This document shows, one piece after another, positions 1 through 16,445 of a DNA stretch of 64,000 nucleotides. Position 1 is the stretch's first letter. Each line of letters starts with the position of its first letter. Location of the stretch: positions 40,176,001 to 40,240,000 of the forward strand of contig NC_058381.1 of the NCBI RefSeq assembly GCF_018350175.1. The letters run 5' to 3'. The stretch is from Felis catus. Taxonomy: Eukaryota. Made by a program: the position numbers and the translations under genes. The notes below the pieces were generated by a model that saw only the letters and a list, made by a program, of their open reading frames with translations, had not been told where the DNA came from and made no database searches.

Positions 1-1344
1 ATGCACTGTGCAGTTTCTGCCTGGGACCCAAAAGCCTTCCTCGAGCACTACCTGAGATCACCTCTTCCTGTCTGCACCCCAAGGGCAGCCACTCTGTGAC
101 TCACAATAGCCCAGATTACTTCTACTAGGCACAGGCCCGTGTGCTTCTGTGTACTCACTCCACCCATCCTCAAGATCATCCTGTGAAAACACACTATTAT
201 CGCTGCCCCCTTAAAGATGAGGAAACTGGGGAGCTTCGTGTTGATGTTATTTGCAAGGTCAAACTGCTATTAAAGAGCAGAGCAGGGATCCAACCCACAA
301 ACTCTAGTTTCAGAGTCACTTTCTTCAACTTAATACTGTGGCTATTGGATCAACAGTTCAAACCAATGGAGTCAGATGTACCAGAGAATAACCACTTGCC
401 TCTACATAGCACTTTGCAGATGGTTTTGCACTTACTTTGAGTTCACATTTTCTAAATTGCATCTGGGAGTGCTGGGAGGAGGCATGAAGCTTGGAGAAGG
501 GGAGGGACTTGCCCAAGGGCCAGAGTTGGTAAAGAGCAGAGTCAGATTTGAGTACAGTATGGACTAGGAACCATTACTGATTTCTCCTTGTCACAAAGGA
601 CAGGAAGATCCTGGGGCCAGGAGAGTCATGGGAGCTACAGTGAGTGGTGCCAAGCTCAAGTGAAGTCTCAGCTTTTCCATGCCTTTCAGGCCCTTTGGGG
701 AAGCCTGAGGTCTTGACTGCAGTCTTACTGAGGGGCAGAACAACTGCCTGGGACCCGCAGCCCCCGTAGGGAAAGGAGACAATTAGGGGGAAGAATGAAG
801 CCCAGAGGCTCTCTGTGAATCTGGGACTCCAGTGGGGTGACTTATAGGCACTTGCTGTGTCCTGACAGCCCAGAACAACCTTGGGAGAGGGGGCCATGGT
901 GCTTCAGACCCACGATTTCACACAAGGTGGATATCTTAGGTGAACTGATATGTCAAGAAAGGTATACGTGTGTAAATGTCAGGCTGTTCTCTCACTTCAA
1001 AAAGGAAGAGTCTTTTTGATGGAAACAAAATGGTCTTAGTTTCAACTCCTTAGTCACACATGAGGCATCCCAAAGAGTTTCCACCTACAACTTTAGGTGG
1101 GGTTGAAGTGACATCTCTGTCTGTACAGAGCACAGGGGGTCTGGGAGGTTCAGGGCTCACTACTTGGTGGGTTTCACAATATTTCATCTTACACTCCTAC
1201 CAAAAAAATGCTGAGCACACACCTATAATGTGTTTACTTATCCTTATATATTATTTTTATGGATTTTATCATATGTAAATATGCCACAAAATATTATGTG
1301 TGTTACAAAACTTACACTGTATGCTACTAATGAAAATTTTTTTC

Positions 1345-1512
1345 AAGTTTATTTTATTTTGGGGGGAATGAGGGACAGAGAGAGGAAGAGAGACAATCCC
1401 AAGCAGGCTCCGCACTGTCAGCACAGAGCCCAATGTGGGGCTCAATCTCATGAACCGTGAAATTATGACCTGAGCTGAAATCAAGAGTTGGATTGAGCCA
1501 CCCAGGCCCCCC
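1345..1512 (-). mobile_element. CAN-SINE (older SINEC subfamily)
   Basis: Reverse complement of the GGGGC.CCTGGGTGGCTCA head, CT-rich segment and A tail. Confidence 0.8.
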
Positions 1513-1665
1513 TTAACAAAAACTTTTAAAGGAATATGTAATCTGTGATAAAACTTTTGCAATTATATTTGTTGTGATTATTAAATGGGTATAACATTTG
1601 CCCTCCCCCAAAATACCATGATTTAATAATATGAAAAATAATATTAACATTAATAATACTTTGGT

Positions 1666-1871
1666 GGGGCACCTGGGTGGCTCAGTCGGTTGGGTGTCTG
1701 ACTTTGGCTCACGTCATGATCTCACTGTTTGTGAGTTTGAGCCCCATGTCGGGCTCTGTGCTGATAGTTCAGAGCCTGGAGCCTGCTTTGGACTCTGGGT
1801 CTCCCTCTCTATCTGCCCTTGCCCACTTATGCTCTCTCTCTCAAAAATAAATAAACATTAATAATAATAAC
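1666..1871 (+). mobile_element. CAN-SINE (SINEC_Fc) with target-site duplication
   Basis: Head ggggcacctgggtggctcagtcgg, (CT)n, A-rich tail; TSD aatactttggt at 1655-1665 and 1872-1882. Confidence 0.9.
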
Positions 1872-1904
1872 AATACTTTGGTGAGGAATGTAATTAAATA
1901 AGTC

Positions 1905-1981
1905 TTTTTTTTTTCAAGTAGGCTTCATGCCCAGTCATGGAGCCCCAAATGGGCTTAACCAACTGAGCCACCAAGTGCCGC
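1905..1981 (-). mobile_element. Short, internally deleted CAN-SINE
   Basis: The reverse complement reads as a SINE head joined directly to gggctcc...gcatgaagcctactt-polyA; flanked by aaataagtcttttt on both sides. Confidence 0.65.
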
Positions 1982-2558
1982 TGAAAATAAGTCTTTTTAT
2001 AACATTGTGGTTTGATAATCTATAATAAGCTGACTTGATATTCCGAACCTAAGTACAATGTATTTCTGCATTTTTTAATAGTTATTATAAAATCTATAGG
2101 TACAAAAATCACCATAACTTGATTTGGATGGCTATAAAGAAAACCTCTCTAATACACAAAGATAGAAATCGAGAAGATAATTGTTGGCTGATTATATTTT
2201 CTCCAGTCTTTTTCTAGGGTCAGTATTTTCATGTTGCCAAGAGGTATGGGCTTCCTCTCGAGATTCACTTCCTCCTGATGATGTACCATTTCTGTGGAAT
2301 TCCCTCTGAAGAGCTAGACAGAAAATGTTTGTAGATACCGTCATGTGGATTCACCAGTTTTTCCCCTATCACCTTCTGCCCATACCCGAAATTCACATCA
2401 ATAGGTGGGTGATGTCTGGAGACTTTTCCTTTGAAGGAAGTCACATGACCCCTTCATCTGATGAGAGAACACCAGTCACTTTTTATTGATACAAGACACC
2501 CAACTGGTGAATGAATGAACAAAAAAGGACAATTATTAGGTTTGTGCCAGAATAAGAG

Positions 2559-2564
2559 TTTATT
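2559..2564 (-). terminator. Polyadenylation signal of KRT33A
   Basis: AATAAA on the minus strand ~440 nt after the stop, in the agtttatt context shared by all five genes. Confidence 0.7.
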
Positions 2565-3006
2565 AGGAAGTTAGTAAGGGACCCGTACTGTAGTATCTCC
2601 AAAGACCAAAAGAGTGACAAGGAAGATTTTTTTCCCAATTAGGTTCAGTTTTGTAGCCTGCCCGTCAGCTCCATCATTCTTTCATGTAATTATTTTGAAA
2701 TCACATTTAGGTAAGTATTTGTTCAAGCATAACTTGTTACACGAGTGCGTCATCGTGATAATAGGTATTGCACGATTCTGTTGTAGATTTCTCTATGTGC
2801 TCAGAAGACGGACCGAACTGGTACAGACTTGGCCGTCTAAAGGATCAAGCCAGGCAAACCAGTAGAAGGTAGAGTTGACACTTAGAAGCTGGTGCTGGTA
2901 GAAATTTTTCCTTTGTCCAAATCGTGGTCACCATAGGAGATGCTTGCATGAAGTAGAGTTGACATGTGACCTTGAAACCCTTCTCCTCCTGCTGGCACCG
3001 GGGCTT

Positions 3007-7634
<4,628 letters not shown>

Positions 7635-7726
7635 GGTGCAGGAAGGAGGGAGCGAGACGCCCGGCTGAACGCGGAGTTCAAGTTCTCCAAGCCACAGAGC
7701 TATGGGTCTCCTGCCCCTGGGGAGCA

Positions 7727-7943
7727 TTTATACCCCTTCCACAGAGGGTGTGGACATGGAAGGCCTCCCTTTTTTTCTTACTCATTTGGTGATTGTCAAA
7801 AGCCCTTCCCCCCTGGTTTGTTATGTTTCCTCAGAAGAGTCCCTCACCTCGTAAAAGACTTTACTTGGGCTTCTCGCTAAGTCAGGACTCCTCTGCCATG
7901 CTGTGCATCAATGAAGTATGAGCTTCATAGAGTGGCTTCAAAG
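7727..7943 (-). promoter_or_regulatory. KRT33A proximal promoter: TATA box, HOXC13-type site, conserved 18-mer, LEF1/TCF site
   Basis: TATAAA 7727-7732; CTCGTAAAA 7848-7856; gctaagtcaggactcctc 7876-7893; CTTTGAAG (minus strand) 7936-7943. HOXC13 and LEF1 are established hair-keratin regulators. Confidence 0.75.
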
Positions 7944-8336
7944 AGCTGGGCTCATGAATGCCCTGGGCTTCATTAGTGGGGTGGGGCAGGTCCGGGGACA
8001 CTATTGCGCTTTGCCTCCTGGCTTGATGGCCCGGACTCCTTGGCGAGCCCCCAGCTCTTCTTGCTAAGATGCGAAAGCACAGTTCTTGCCCGTGTATCTT
8101 TTGCCAGGTCAAATTTCCAGATGCCAAATGCCAAATTCATGGTTCTCAGAGAGAGGAATAGATCCCTTCTGGAATACTTAAAATAGCCTGGCTCCCAGTG
8201 GCTCTGTTTCTTGATATGGCAGAAATTTCCAGGATAATATAAATCAACCAAATAACAGATAGTCACCAGGATAACAGTATGTCCGGGGCACTGTAAGGAA
8301 CGGAAGGTTGACCCAGAGCTGCCAGAAGGAGCTCAC

Positions 8337-8515
8337 ACTTGTTGAGCACCTGTACGGGCTCACCTTGGTGCTAAGCCCTTTTCACAAACATGATCTCATT
8401 CATGCCTCACCATGACCCTACAAGGTACATGATATTATTCCCATTTTACAGGTGGGTAAATGGAGGCATAGAGGGTAGGAGGTAATGTGTTGTGAAGCCA
8501 GGATTCCAACACAGA
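8337..8515 (+). mobile_element. MIR
   Basis: ttgagcacct...ctcaccatgaccctacaaggt..attattcccattttacaggtgggtaaa MIR core. Confidence 0.65.
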
Positions 8516-8525
8516 GAACAGTGAT

Positions 8526-10266
8526 CTCTGTTCATCACCCCATGCTGCTTAAATACAAATGAACTATCTCCTTCCCTAACTTTTTCAGACAGATAATTTC
8601 TTCCTCCTCTGTGCGGTCTCATCTCACTTTAAGCATGGCAGTGCACAACTTCTGTGCTCATCTATCTCTGTATCTGAGTTCCCTGAAGGCAGCAGCAGAG
8701 TCTAATTCTCTGAATCCTCAGCTTTAAGTGCATGGTACTCAGCAGACACTCAATGGATGTGCGTTGAGTGGATGAGGAATGAATGTGGAATCATAATCTA
8801 AGGCAGGAGATGGTAAGTGATAAGTGAGAGATTGAGGAAATGGGCAAGAGGGCACTGCCAGGATGGGAAGTTCACAGGAGCATATATGTGCCGGGGCGCA
8901 AGGCTTCTGAGACGCAGAGGAGAAATATGGGCCCTGCAGGTGGAAGAATGGCGTGCACACACGGCGGGCAGGTGTGACACACACAGTCAATGAGACTAGT
9001 GGCTGGGAGGGAAGAGGTGTGTAGGGAGGTTGTAGAAAATAAAGCTGTATGGGGAGGTCGAGGCCATATGGTAGAAGTTCTCTATGGCAAAGCTAAAGAG
9101 CTTAGACTGTCCTGGAGGGAGATGTTTTAGGAAATATTTAGCAAACATTTATCTTTTTTTAGCAAAATGAAGGTAAGGCTGGAGGCAGAGGGGCCAGCAA
9201 GGAGGCGACCGCAGTAATCCAGGCCAGCGGTGAGGTGGGGCTTCATTTAGGTGTCTGCAGAGGAAGCATAAAAGAAGAAATGGTGTTAAGAATCATTCTC
9301 AAAGAAGACATTTTTTTTTAACCAGCAATCATTTAGAAAGGTGAGATGTGGGAGAGGATAAAGAATGAACGCAGAATTTGGCAAGCGAAATATTTGAGAG
9401 GAACACAGACTGTTTTGCTCATCAAGGATGAGCTAGCCCGCTTCCTTTAGCAGACGTTTAACTGAGCCCTTCATGTGCCAGGAACCGAGCAGGCACGGTG
9501 AGCGAGAGAGCCAAGCCTACAATCTGGTGGAGGATGCACACCAGCTGGGTGCAGGATACATCTGTGACAGGGCAAGCCCCAGCGGCTCTAGGAACGAGCA
9601 AGAGGACCTTACCAGACTGAGTGGGGGGTCTAGTAAGGCTTTTTGGTGCAAGTGCACATTGTATTCAGGCATGCTTCCCATTTTTNNNNNNNNNNNNNNN
9701 NNNNNNNNNNNNNNNNNNNNNNNNNNNNNNNNNNNNNNNNNNNNNNNNNNNNNNNNNNNNNNNNNNNNNNNNNNNNNNNNNNNNNNNNNNNNNNNNNNNN
9801 NNNNNNNNNNNNNNNNNNNNNNNNNNNNNNNNNNNNNNNNNNNNNNNNNNNNNNNNNNNNNNNNNNNNNNNNNNNNNNNCACATATATAGGAAATGATCA
9901 CACTTTGTGGCTCACTGGGGCAGTGACTGGGCTGCCTTGGCCAGCCACTCCAAGGATTCAGAGCATGAGTACCATGGACCCCCCAATCCATTCACCTCAG
10001 TAAGGTTAGGAGGTTCTGCAACAGAGGAACCAAGAGAAGCTCAGTAAGCACCATGTAAGTCAGGGAGTGATAGATGAGGGTGGAGGAGAAGTAAACTCTG
10101 TCCATCATCTCATGTTGTTTAGATATAAATGACCTAGCTCTTTCCCTAACTTCTGACAGATTATTTCTTCCTCCTCTGTGAGTTCTCGTCTCACCTTGAG
10201 CACATGGCATTGTCATGACCTACATTCTTCTCTCTCTCTCTCTCTCTCCTTGAGTTCCCTGAAGGC
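8526..10266 (+). repeat. Local direct duplication, copies 8526-8690 and 10096-10266
   Basis: Hand alignment: 73 of 85 ungapped positions are identical in the first part; both copies end gagttccctgaaggca. Confidence 0.8.
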
Positions 10267-12943
10267 ATGGAAAGACTTTCATATGAAAGACCTTGTATAC
10301 CTCCTTGAGGAGCTTAGGCTTCCTCAGGAGGTCAATAGGAAGCCATTGAAGGTTCTAAGGAGAGCAGTGATATAGTTTCATTCTTGATCAGCTATACTGG
10401 AAGGAATGGTGGAATCTATACAGGAAAATGTTCATCAGGTCCTTGGAGTAACAAAGCTAGAATTCATGAGCCTAGTGAAGATGTGAAAGCTGGAGAAATG
10501 AACCAAGAGAGAATGTATGAAGAGAAGAGCAACAAGGGCTTGAGGACCAAACTTTGGGGATTCCCCAACCTAAGAGCAGGAGAAGGAAAAAGAGTCATAA
10601 AGAAATGGAGAAATGGTTGGAGAAAATGAAGAGAGCCAGTTCATGGCATCAGAGAAGGTTAGGGAGGAGAGCTTCAAAGTGGAGGTGAAGGTCAAAAGTG
10701 TCAAGTGTGGCAAAGGGACCCTATAAGATCAGAATCATGGAAAGGGTCTTGGATACATTGGCCAACAAGTTGCCAGGACCTTTTCATGGTCACATGAGTG
10801 TGTTTACTGTAAACAGTACCTGTGTTCTTGAAGTACCTCCACACTGAACTTTAGGCAATCAAGATTTTAAATAACCCAGAGGTGAGATGTCCATTGTTTA
10901 AAGAAGTCCTGCCACAGTCCGTTTGTACACCTGATTATAAAGATTGTGAGCTTTGGTCTTACCAATACAAACTTTCTACAATAATTAGAGTGTGCTTTAA
11001 GTAGTTTAAAGGTGTCAAGCTTGTTTGGATTTGATGATTCATAATAGTTGATGATTTAGGAACATCTACCCAAGAAGCACAAGCAATCAGAAATGCTCAT
11101 GAATATAGCACAATTTCTGGGGTTTTTTTTCAAGGCATAAGATGAGACTTATTTGGTATCTTAAAGAGAAGCTATGAGGAAAGAATTCAGTTGTGTGCCT
11201 AGGTGAAGAGAAAGGCTCCTTACTGCTGTTCTAGCGGAAGACAGCAGAACTCAGGGACATGCTCACAGCAAGAGTCCACGATTCAGCTATAGCTGCAGAT
11301 CCAAAACCAGGCTGCTTTGCATTTGGCCTTTCTGATCCTCCCTTCCACTTCCTAATGTAAATCCCAAAAGCCAAAATTGTCAGAGAGGGAGAAAATCTTG
11401 GAAAAAAAAAGTGATATCAGAGATCATCACGATCATCTTCTCCAAGCCTCTCATTCTATAAATGAGGAAACTGAGGCTCAGAATGGAGAAATGGCTTACT
11501 TAGGATCATATAATTAGAAGCCAAATCTGCTAATCCCCATGGATTCCCAGCCCCCATCAGCAGACTGCAGAAATGTTGAATAATTTCACAACCAATATGA
11601 TCTGTCAACTATTTAGGGGCAGATATCAAAGACAATTAAAAAAAAAAACAGAAAAAACACACTTGTTACCCATAGATATGCCATGTTGAATAAGAATAAA
11701 GGGTGAATATGGAAATGATACAATTCAGTGATATTAAGGTTCCTTACTGCCATCCTGATTTCAATCATTATTTCTAAATTGATGATACAATTTTGTTTCA
11801 ATAGTTTGGAACAACTTAGATATAATTATATCCCAATGATGAAACAACTTAGAACCACAAATAGTGACCCTACTCAAGAGCAGTATAGTTACCCAAAATA
11901 ACACACAGTCATAACAAAATTAATGTACATGATTTTAACAATGGGGGACAACTGAGAGATAAAAAGAACCACACTATAATGATGACACTGGATGCTTTTA
12001 AATGGTAGGGTTATGAATGCTTCCCCCGCCCTTCTCTGTACTTTTTTGTTCTCTCCAAGTTTTTTGAAAACATACCTATTCCTCCTACACAAGCAAAAGG
12101 AATAAAATTTACATGAAAAAATCCAAAAGGAAATTCTTGTAAGTGTTCTAAATAAGTAAAGAGTTGTAAAAAAGACCCAAGTAAGTCTCCTATTCCAATA
12201 TAATCACTAAATTACACTTGAGCTTTGTTGTTCCGGAAATAAAAGTTTTGTCACGATTTTCACTGTCACCCTTGTGATAACTGCTGACTTTGCCAGTTCT
12301 GAAGGGGAGCTATTAGGAAGTGAGGAAAGGACACCAAGCTTCCTATGGAATCAAACAATCTGTAGTTCAAAAGTGACTGAGGTGTGGGTATGAGCTTCAG
12401 GCAAAGAGAATGACAAAAGGAACAACCCCTGGAAAAATGTTCTCCCAATTTACTGCCAGTCCATAGTCCAAGATCATGTATTAGAATCACCTCACACTGA
12501 GCCACACTCTAAGAATGGACTTCCCACACAAATAAAGGATTGTGAAATTTCTCTTCTGGAAATCATGTCTGAGTCAGATAAAGCCTAGAATCTTAGAATG
12601 TTGGAGCCACCAAGGGCTCAAGTGGTCATCTCACCCAACTATGTTACAAATGGGAAAACGTTAACCCCAAAGAGGAAGTGATTTGCTTAAGGTCACACAG
12701 AGAGTTTGTGAAGAGGCTAGGTTGAAAAACAGTGAATTAGAAATGAGGGACAGGGGACAAGACCTTCAGTCTATATGAGAGAGTTGGAGCTCAGACAACA
12801 GGAAAAACCCGTATCTCTCAAGGGACTGTACCCTTAGTGAAAACATGATCTAGAAAAAGAAAAAGAAAAAGAGAAAGAAAAAAGTATGCTCATTGTCACA
12901 GAAAGATTTTTTAAAAAAGCTGAACTTTTATTTGGTCTCTAAA

Positions 12944-13270
12944 TTTAAAACATTATGTAAAAGAAGCCAGTCCAAAAACACCACAGATTTTACGATTCTA
13001 TCCACATGCAATGCCTAAGCTAGGCGACCCTATAGACACCATCGTGGTTGCCTAATTTGAGGTGGGGTGTCCTAGGGAATGACTTCTGGGTAGTGGGTAC
13101 ACGGTATCTATTTGAGGTGATGAAATGTTCTAAAATTGTAATAATGGCTATACAACTCTATGACTACAATGAAAAGCGCTGAATTGTAAACTTCATACAG
13201 GGGAATTTTGTGGCATATGAATTATATTTTACATAATATGAATTATACTTCAATAAAGCTATCTTTTAAA
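12944..13270 (+). mobile_element. Old L1 (L1MB/MC-like) 3' end
   Basis: aaaacattatg..aaagaagccagtc...gtggttgcc...ggtgatgaaatgttctaaaattg...tgaattatacttcaataaagct; recognised by eye. Confidence 0.65.
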
Positions 13271-13877
13271 AAGGAACTCAGACGTGGAAAATCGAATAAG
13301 ACAGAAGTAATACACAAACAACACAATGGCTGAGAATGTTCCACTGGTTCTGAAAAGCATGAATCAATTCAAGAAGCACATCAATCCTAATTAGGAAAAC
13401 AAAACCAGACCCACCCCTAGACAAAATATAGTGAAGCCACACAACACTTCAAGACAAAGAAGCAATCTTAGAAACAAAGAGAGGGGGAAATAAATAAAAG
13501 GATTACCAACATGGAACCACACTTAGATGGGTAATATGCTTTTTAGCATCAGCAACAAAATGCGAAAGACAATGGTATGATAATCTTGAAAAGACCGGAG
13601 GAAAATAGCCACCCTTCTGGAACTCCACACCGAACTACACCATCGTTCAGGAGGGACCACTAAGAAGAGACATTTTCAGACAGCAACTGGGAGAACTTAT
13701 CACAGGTACTGTAGGAACTACCAAAGAATGCATTTCAGAAAACAAGAAATTAAAACCAGAAAGGAGGAAGAAAGTGAAAAAAGGATTGGAAGCAAACAAC
13801 CCAGTAAACATACAGGAAAATCTAAAAACAATAGTAACAATGACCAAATTTTTGAGTGCAAAAACAAGGCAGAACTA

Positions 13878-14099
13878 GGGGCATCCGGCTGGCTCAGTCA
13901 GTTAAGCGTCCGACTTCAGCTCAGGTCATGATCTCACAGTTCGTGAGTCCAAGCCCCTCATTGGGCTCTGGGCTGACAGCTCGGAGCCTGGAGCCTGCTT
14001 CATATTCTGTGTCTCCCTCTCTCTCTGTCCCTCCCCCGCTCACGCTCTGTCTCTCTCTCTGTCTCAAAAATAAACAAACATTAAAAAAATTGTTTTAAA
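13878..14099 (+). mobile_element. CAN-SINE (SINEC_Fc)
   Basis: Full body; TSD aaggcagaact at 13866-13876 and 14100-14110. Confidence 0.9.
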
Positions 14100-14465
14100 A
14101 AGGCAGAACTTAAAAAATAAAGAACATAAATCAAAACTTCTTTGCACCTTGTTTTATATGCAAGAAGAGAGAGATTAGTTAAAATTAGCACTATGTCTGC
14201 GCATTTAAAAATTAATAAGCATCAACAAAGAAAACAAGATCAAGCTGATAGATCTCAGGAAAGGGGAAAACAATAAGCTAAGAAAGAAATCACAATTGAT
14301 AGCAAGCACAAAATAAGATTTTAAAAATAAATCCAAGTGTGTCAATAGTAAAATTCAATGCAATAGACTAAACCCTATTTTTCTGTCAGACGTTCAGTGC
14401 CCTGACCACCCTACCTGAAAGGCTTCTTCCCCCATCCTTCTCTGTCCCCTTGACACTGTCCCCAG

Positions 14466-14814
14466 TGTCTTAGTCCATCCAGGCTGCTATTGCAGGTTAC
14501 CAAAGACTGGGCAGCTTATAAACAATAGAAATCTATCTGTCACAGTCGAGAGGCTGGGAAGCCCAAGATCAAGGCTCCTGCACACTCAGTGTTTAGTGAG
14601 GGCCCGCTTCCTGGTTCATAGACAGCAGTATTCTCATAGCAGGAGAGGTGAGGGAGCCCTCTGGGGTCTCTGTTTATAAGGGCTCCAACCCCATTCATGA
14701 GGCTCTATCCTCAGGACTAATCAGCTCCTAAAGGCCCCCACTTCCCAATACTATGGGAATCACAATGGGAACTAGGATTTCAACATGAGGATTTGGGGGG
14801 CACAGTCTACAGCA
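14466..14814 (+). mobile_element. MaLR solo LTR (MLT1A-like)
   Basis: Starts tgtcttagtccatccaggctgct, contains ggctgggaagcccaagatcaagg and ggatttcaacatgaggatttggggg, ends agca. Confidence 0.8.
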
Positions 14815-15169
14815 CCCAGCTTTGTTTTGCTTCTTAGCACTTACCACTTGACATAGTCATGTTTGTCTGACTCTTTTTACTGCCTGTCTCCCCACCTGAA
14901 CGTAAGTTCCTTGAGAGCAGGTCTTAGTTTCTTTCACTCCCCTGTCCTGACACCCAGGACAGCTTTAGGTCATCGTGGGCATTCCATGATTATTGAGTTG
15001 AATTTATTGAATTAATAAGAAACCCAAATGGCCAACCAAAAGATTCTTTAAAGGCTTAATTTCACTAAGAATAAGAAAACTACAAGCTATAACAACACGA
15101 TGCCATCATACCCACATTTATTGGCAGTATTTGTATCTGTTGGCACTGCACAAATTTGCAAGTGAAAAC

Positions 15170-15772
15170 AGATTGCTGGGTGTACAATTTGATGCTTTTA
15201 TATACATACACATACATTGTGGAAGGATCACCACAATCCAGCTAAATGACATATTCATCACCTCTACTGGGTCACCTTCGGGTGTGTGTGTGTTTGGGGG
15301 GTTGCAGGTGCACGCATGCATGCTGGGAAGATTTAACTTAGGATTTTTCTTCTTAGAAAATTCCCAAAAATACAATACAGTATTATTAACTATTATCACC
15401 ACACTGTACGTTAGAGCTCTAAGACATACTCATCCCGTATAACTGAAACTTTGTACACTTTGACCAACAGCTCTCCATTTCCATCACACCCCTGGTCCCT
15501 GGCAACCACCTTTCTACTCTCTGTTTTTATGAGTTCAACTTCTTTAGATTTCACATGTAAGAGAGAGAGTGCATAAATTAATGCAACATTGTGTGTCAGC
15601 TATACTCGAATAGACAAAGGTGTTTTTTTTTTTAATTTTTTAAAAAAATGTTAACAAAAAATAGGCCATGCAGTATTTGACTTTCTGTCTGGCTTATTTC
15701 ACTTAGCATAATGTCCTCCAAGTTTATCCACTTTGTCACAAATGACAAGATTGCCTTCTTTTTTCCCCTTCC

Positions 15773-15810
<38 letters not shown>

Positions 15811-15955
15811 ATCTGTATATATATTACAGTTATCTGTGTCTACAGACATTTGTTTCCACTTATGGCTTTTGTGAGCAATGCTGTATTGAACATGGGGGTG
15901 CGGTTATAGCTTTGAGACAGTGATTTAATTTCCTTTGGATGTATACCCAAATGTT
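15170..15955 (-). mobile_element. L1 (L1MA/MB-like) 3' end, interrupted by (TG)n
   Basis: ggcttatttcacttagcataatgtcctccaagtttatcca and actgaaactttgtacactttgacc are L1 3' UTR hallmarks. Confidence 0.75.
15775..15806. repeat. (TG)16 microsatellite
   Basis: Direct reading. Confidence 0.95.
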
Positions 15956-16002
15956 TTTACCAAGTTGTAAAACAAAACAAAGAAAAAATAAACAAAACAA
16001 AA

Positions 16003-16117
16003 CAGATTGCTGGGCCCTACCCCTGGAGTTTTGGAGTTAGTAAGTCTGGGGTAGGACTGAAGAATTTGCATTTCTGACAGCTTCCCAGGTTCCCAGGACC
16101 ACACTTTGAGAACCACG
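16003..16117 (+). mobile_element. MER5A-like hAT DNA transposon fragment
   Basis: cagattgctgggccc...aatttgcatttct...ggaccacactttgagaaccac. Confidence 0.7.
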
Positions 16118-16405
16118 GCTCTGGAGAGCGACTCACACAGGTACATAAAGAGAGATGTTGACAAGGATGTTCTTGCAACACTGTTTATAATGATTAAAGA
16201 AAGGAAGAAACACCCTAACTGTCCTTTAGCAGTGGAATAAGTAAATAAAAACATGATCTGTTTCATTATGAAATACTACAAAGAAGTTAAAATAAATTAT
16301 AATAATAATGTGTATTAACACAGATAAATCTCAGACACGTAATGTTGAATGGAGAAAATTGATGGCAAGCTTTATACCACTTGTATTTTCTAATTTAAAC
16401 TGATA

Positions 16406-16408
<3 letters not shown>

Positions 16409-16442
<34 letters not shown>
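16409..16442. repeat. (CA)17 microsatellite
   Basis: Direct reading. Confidence 0.95.

Positions 16443-16445
<3 letters not shown>

Noticed and set aside
1666-1740. tRNA-like A/B-box sequence at SINE heads
   Set aside because: These are the tRNA-derived heads of CAN-SINEs, not tRNA genes. No rRNA, tRNA or CRISPR features are supported in this window.
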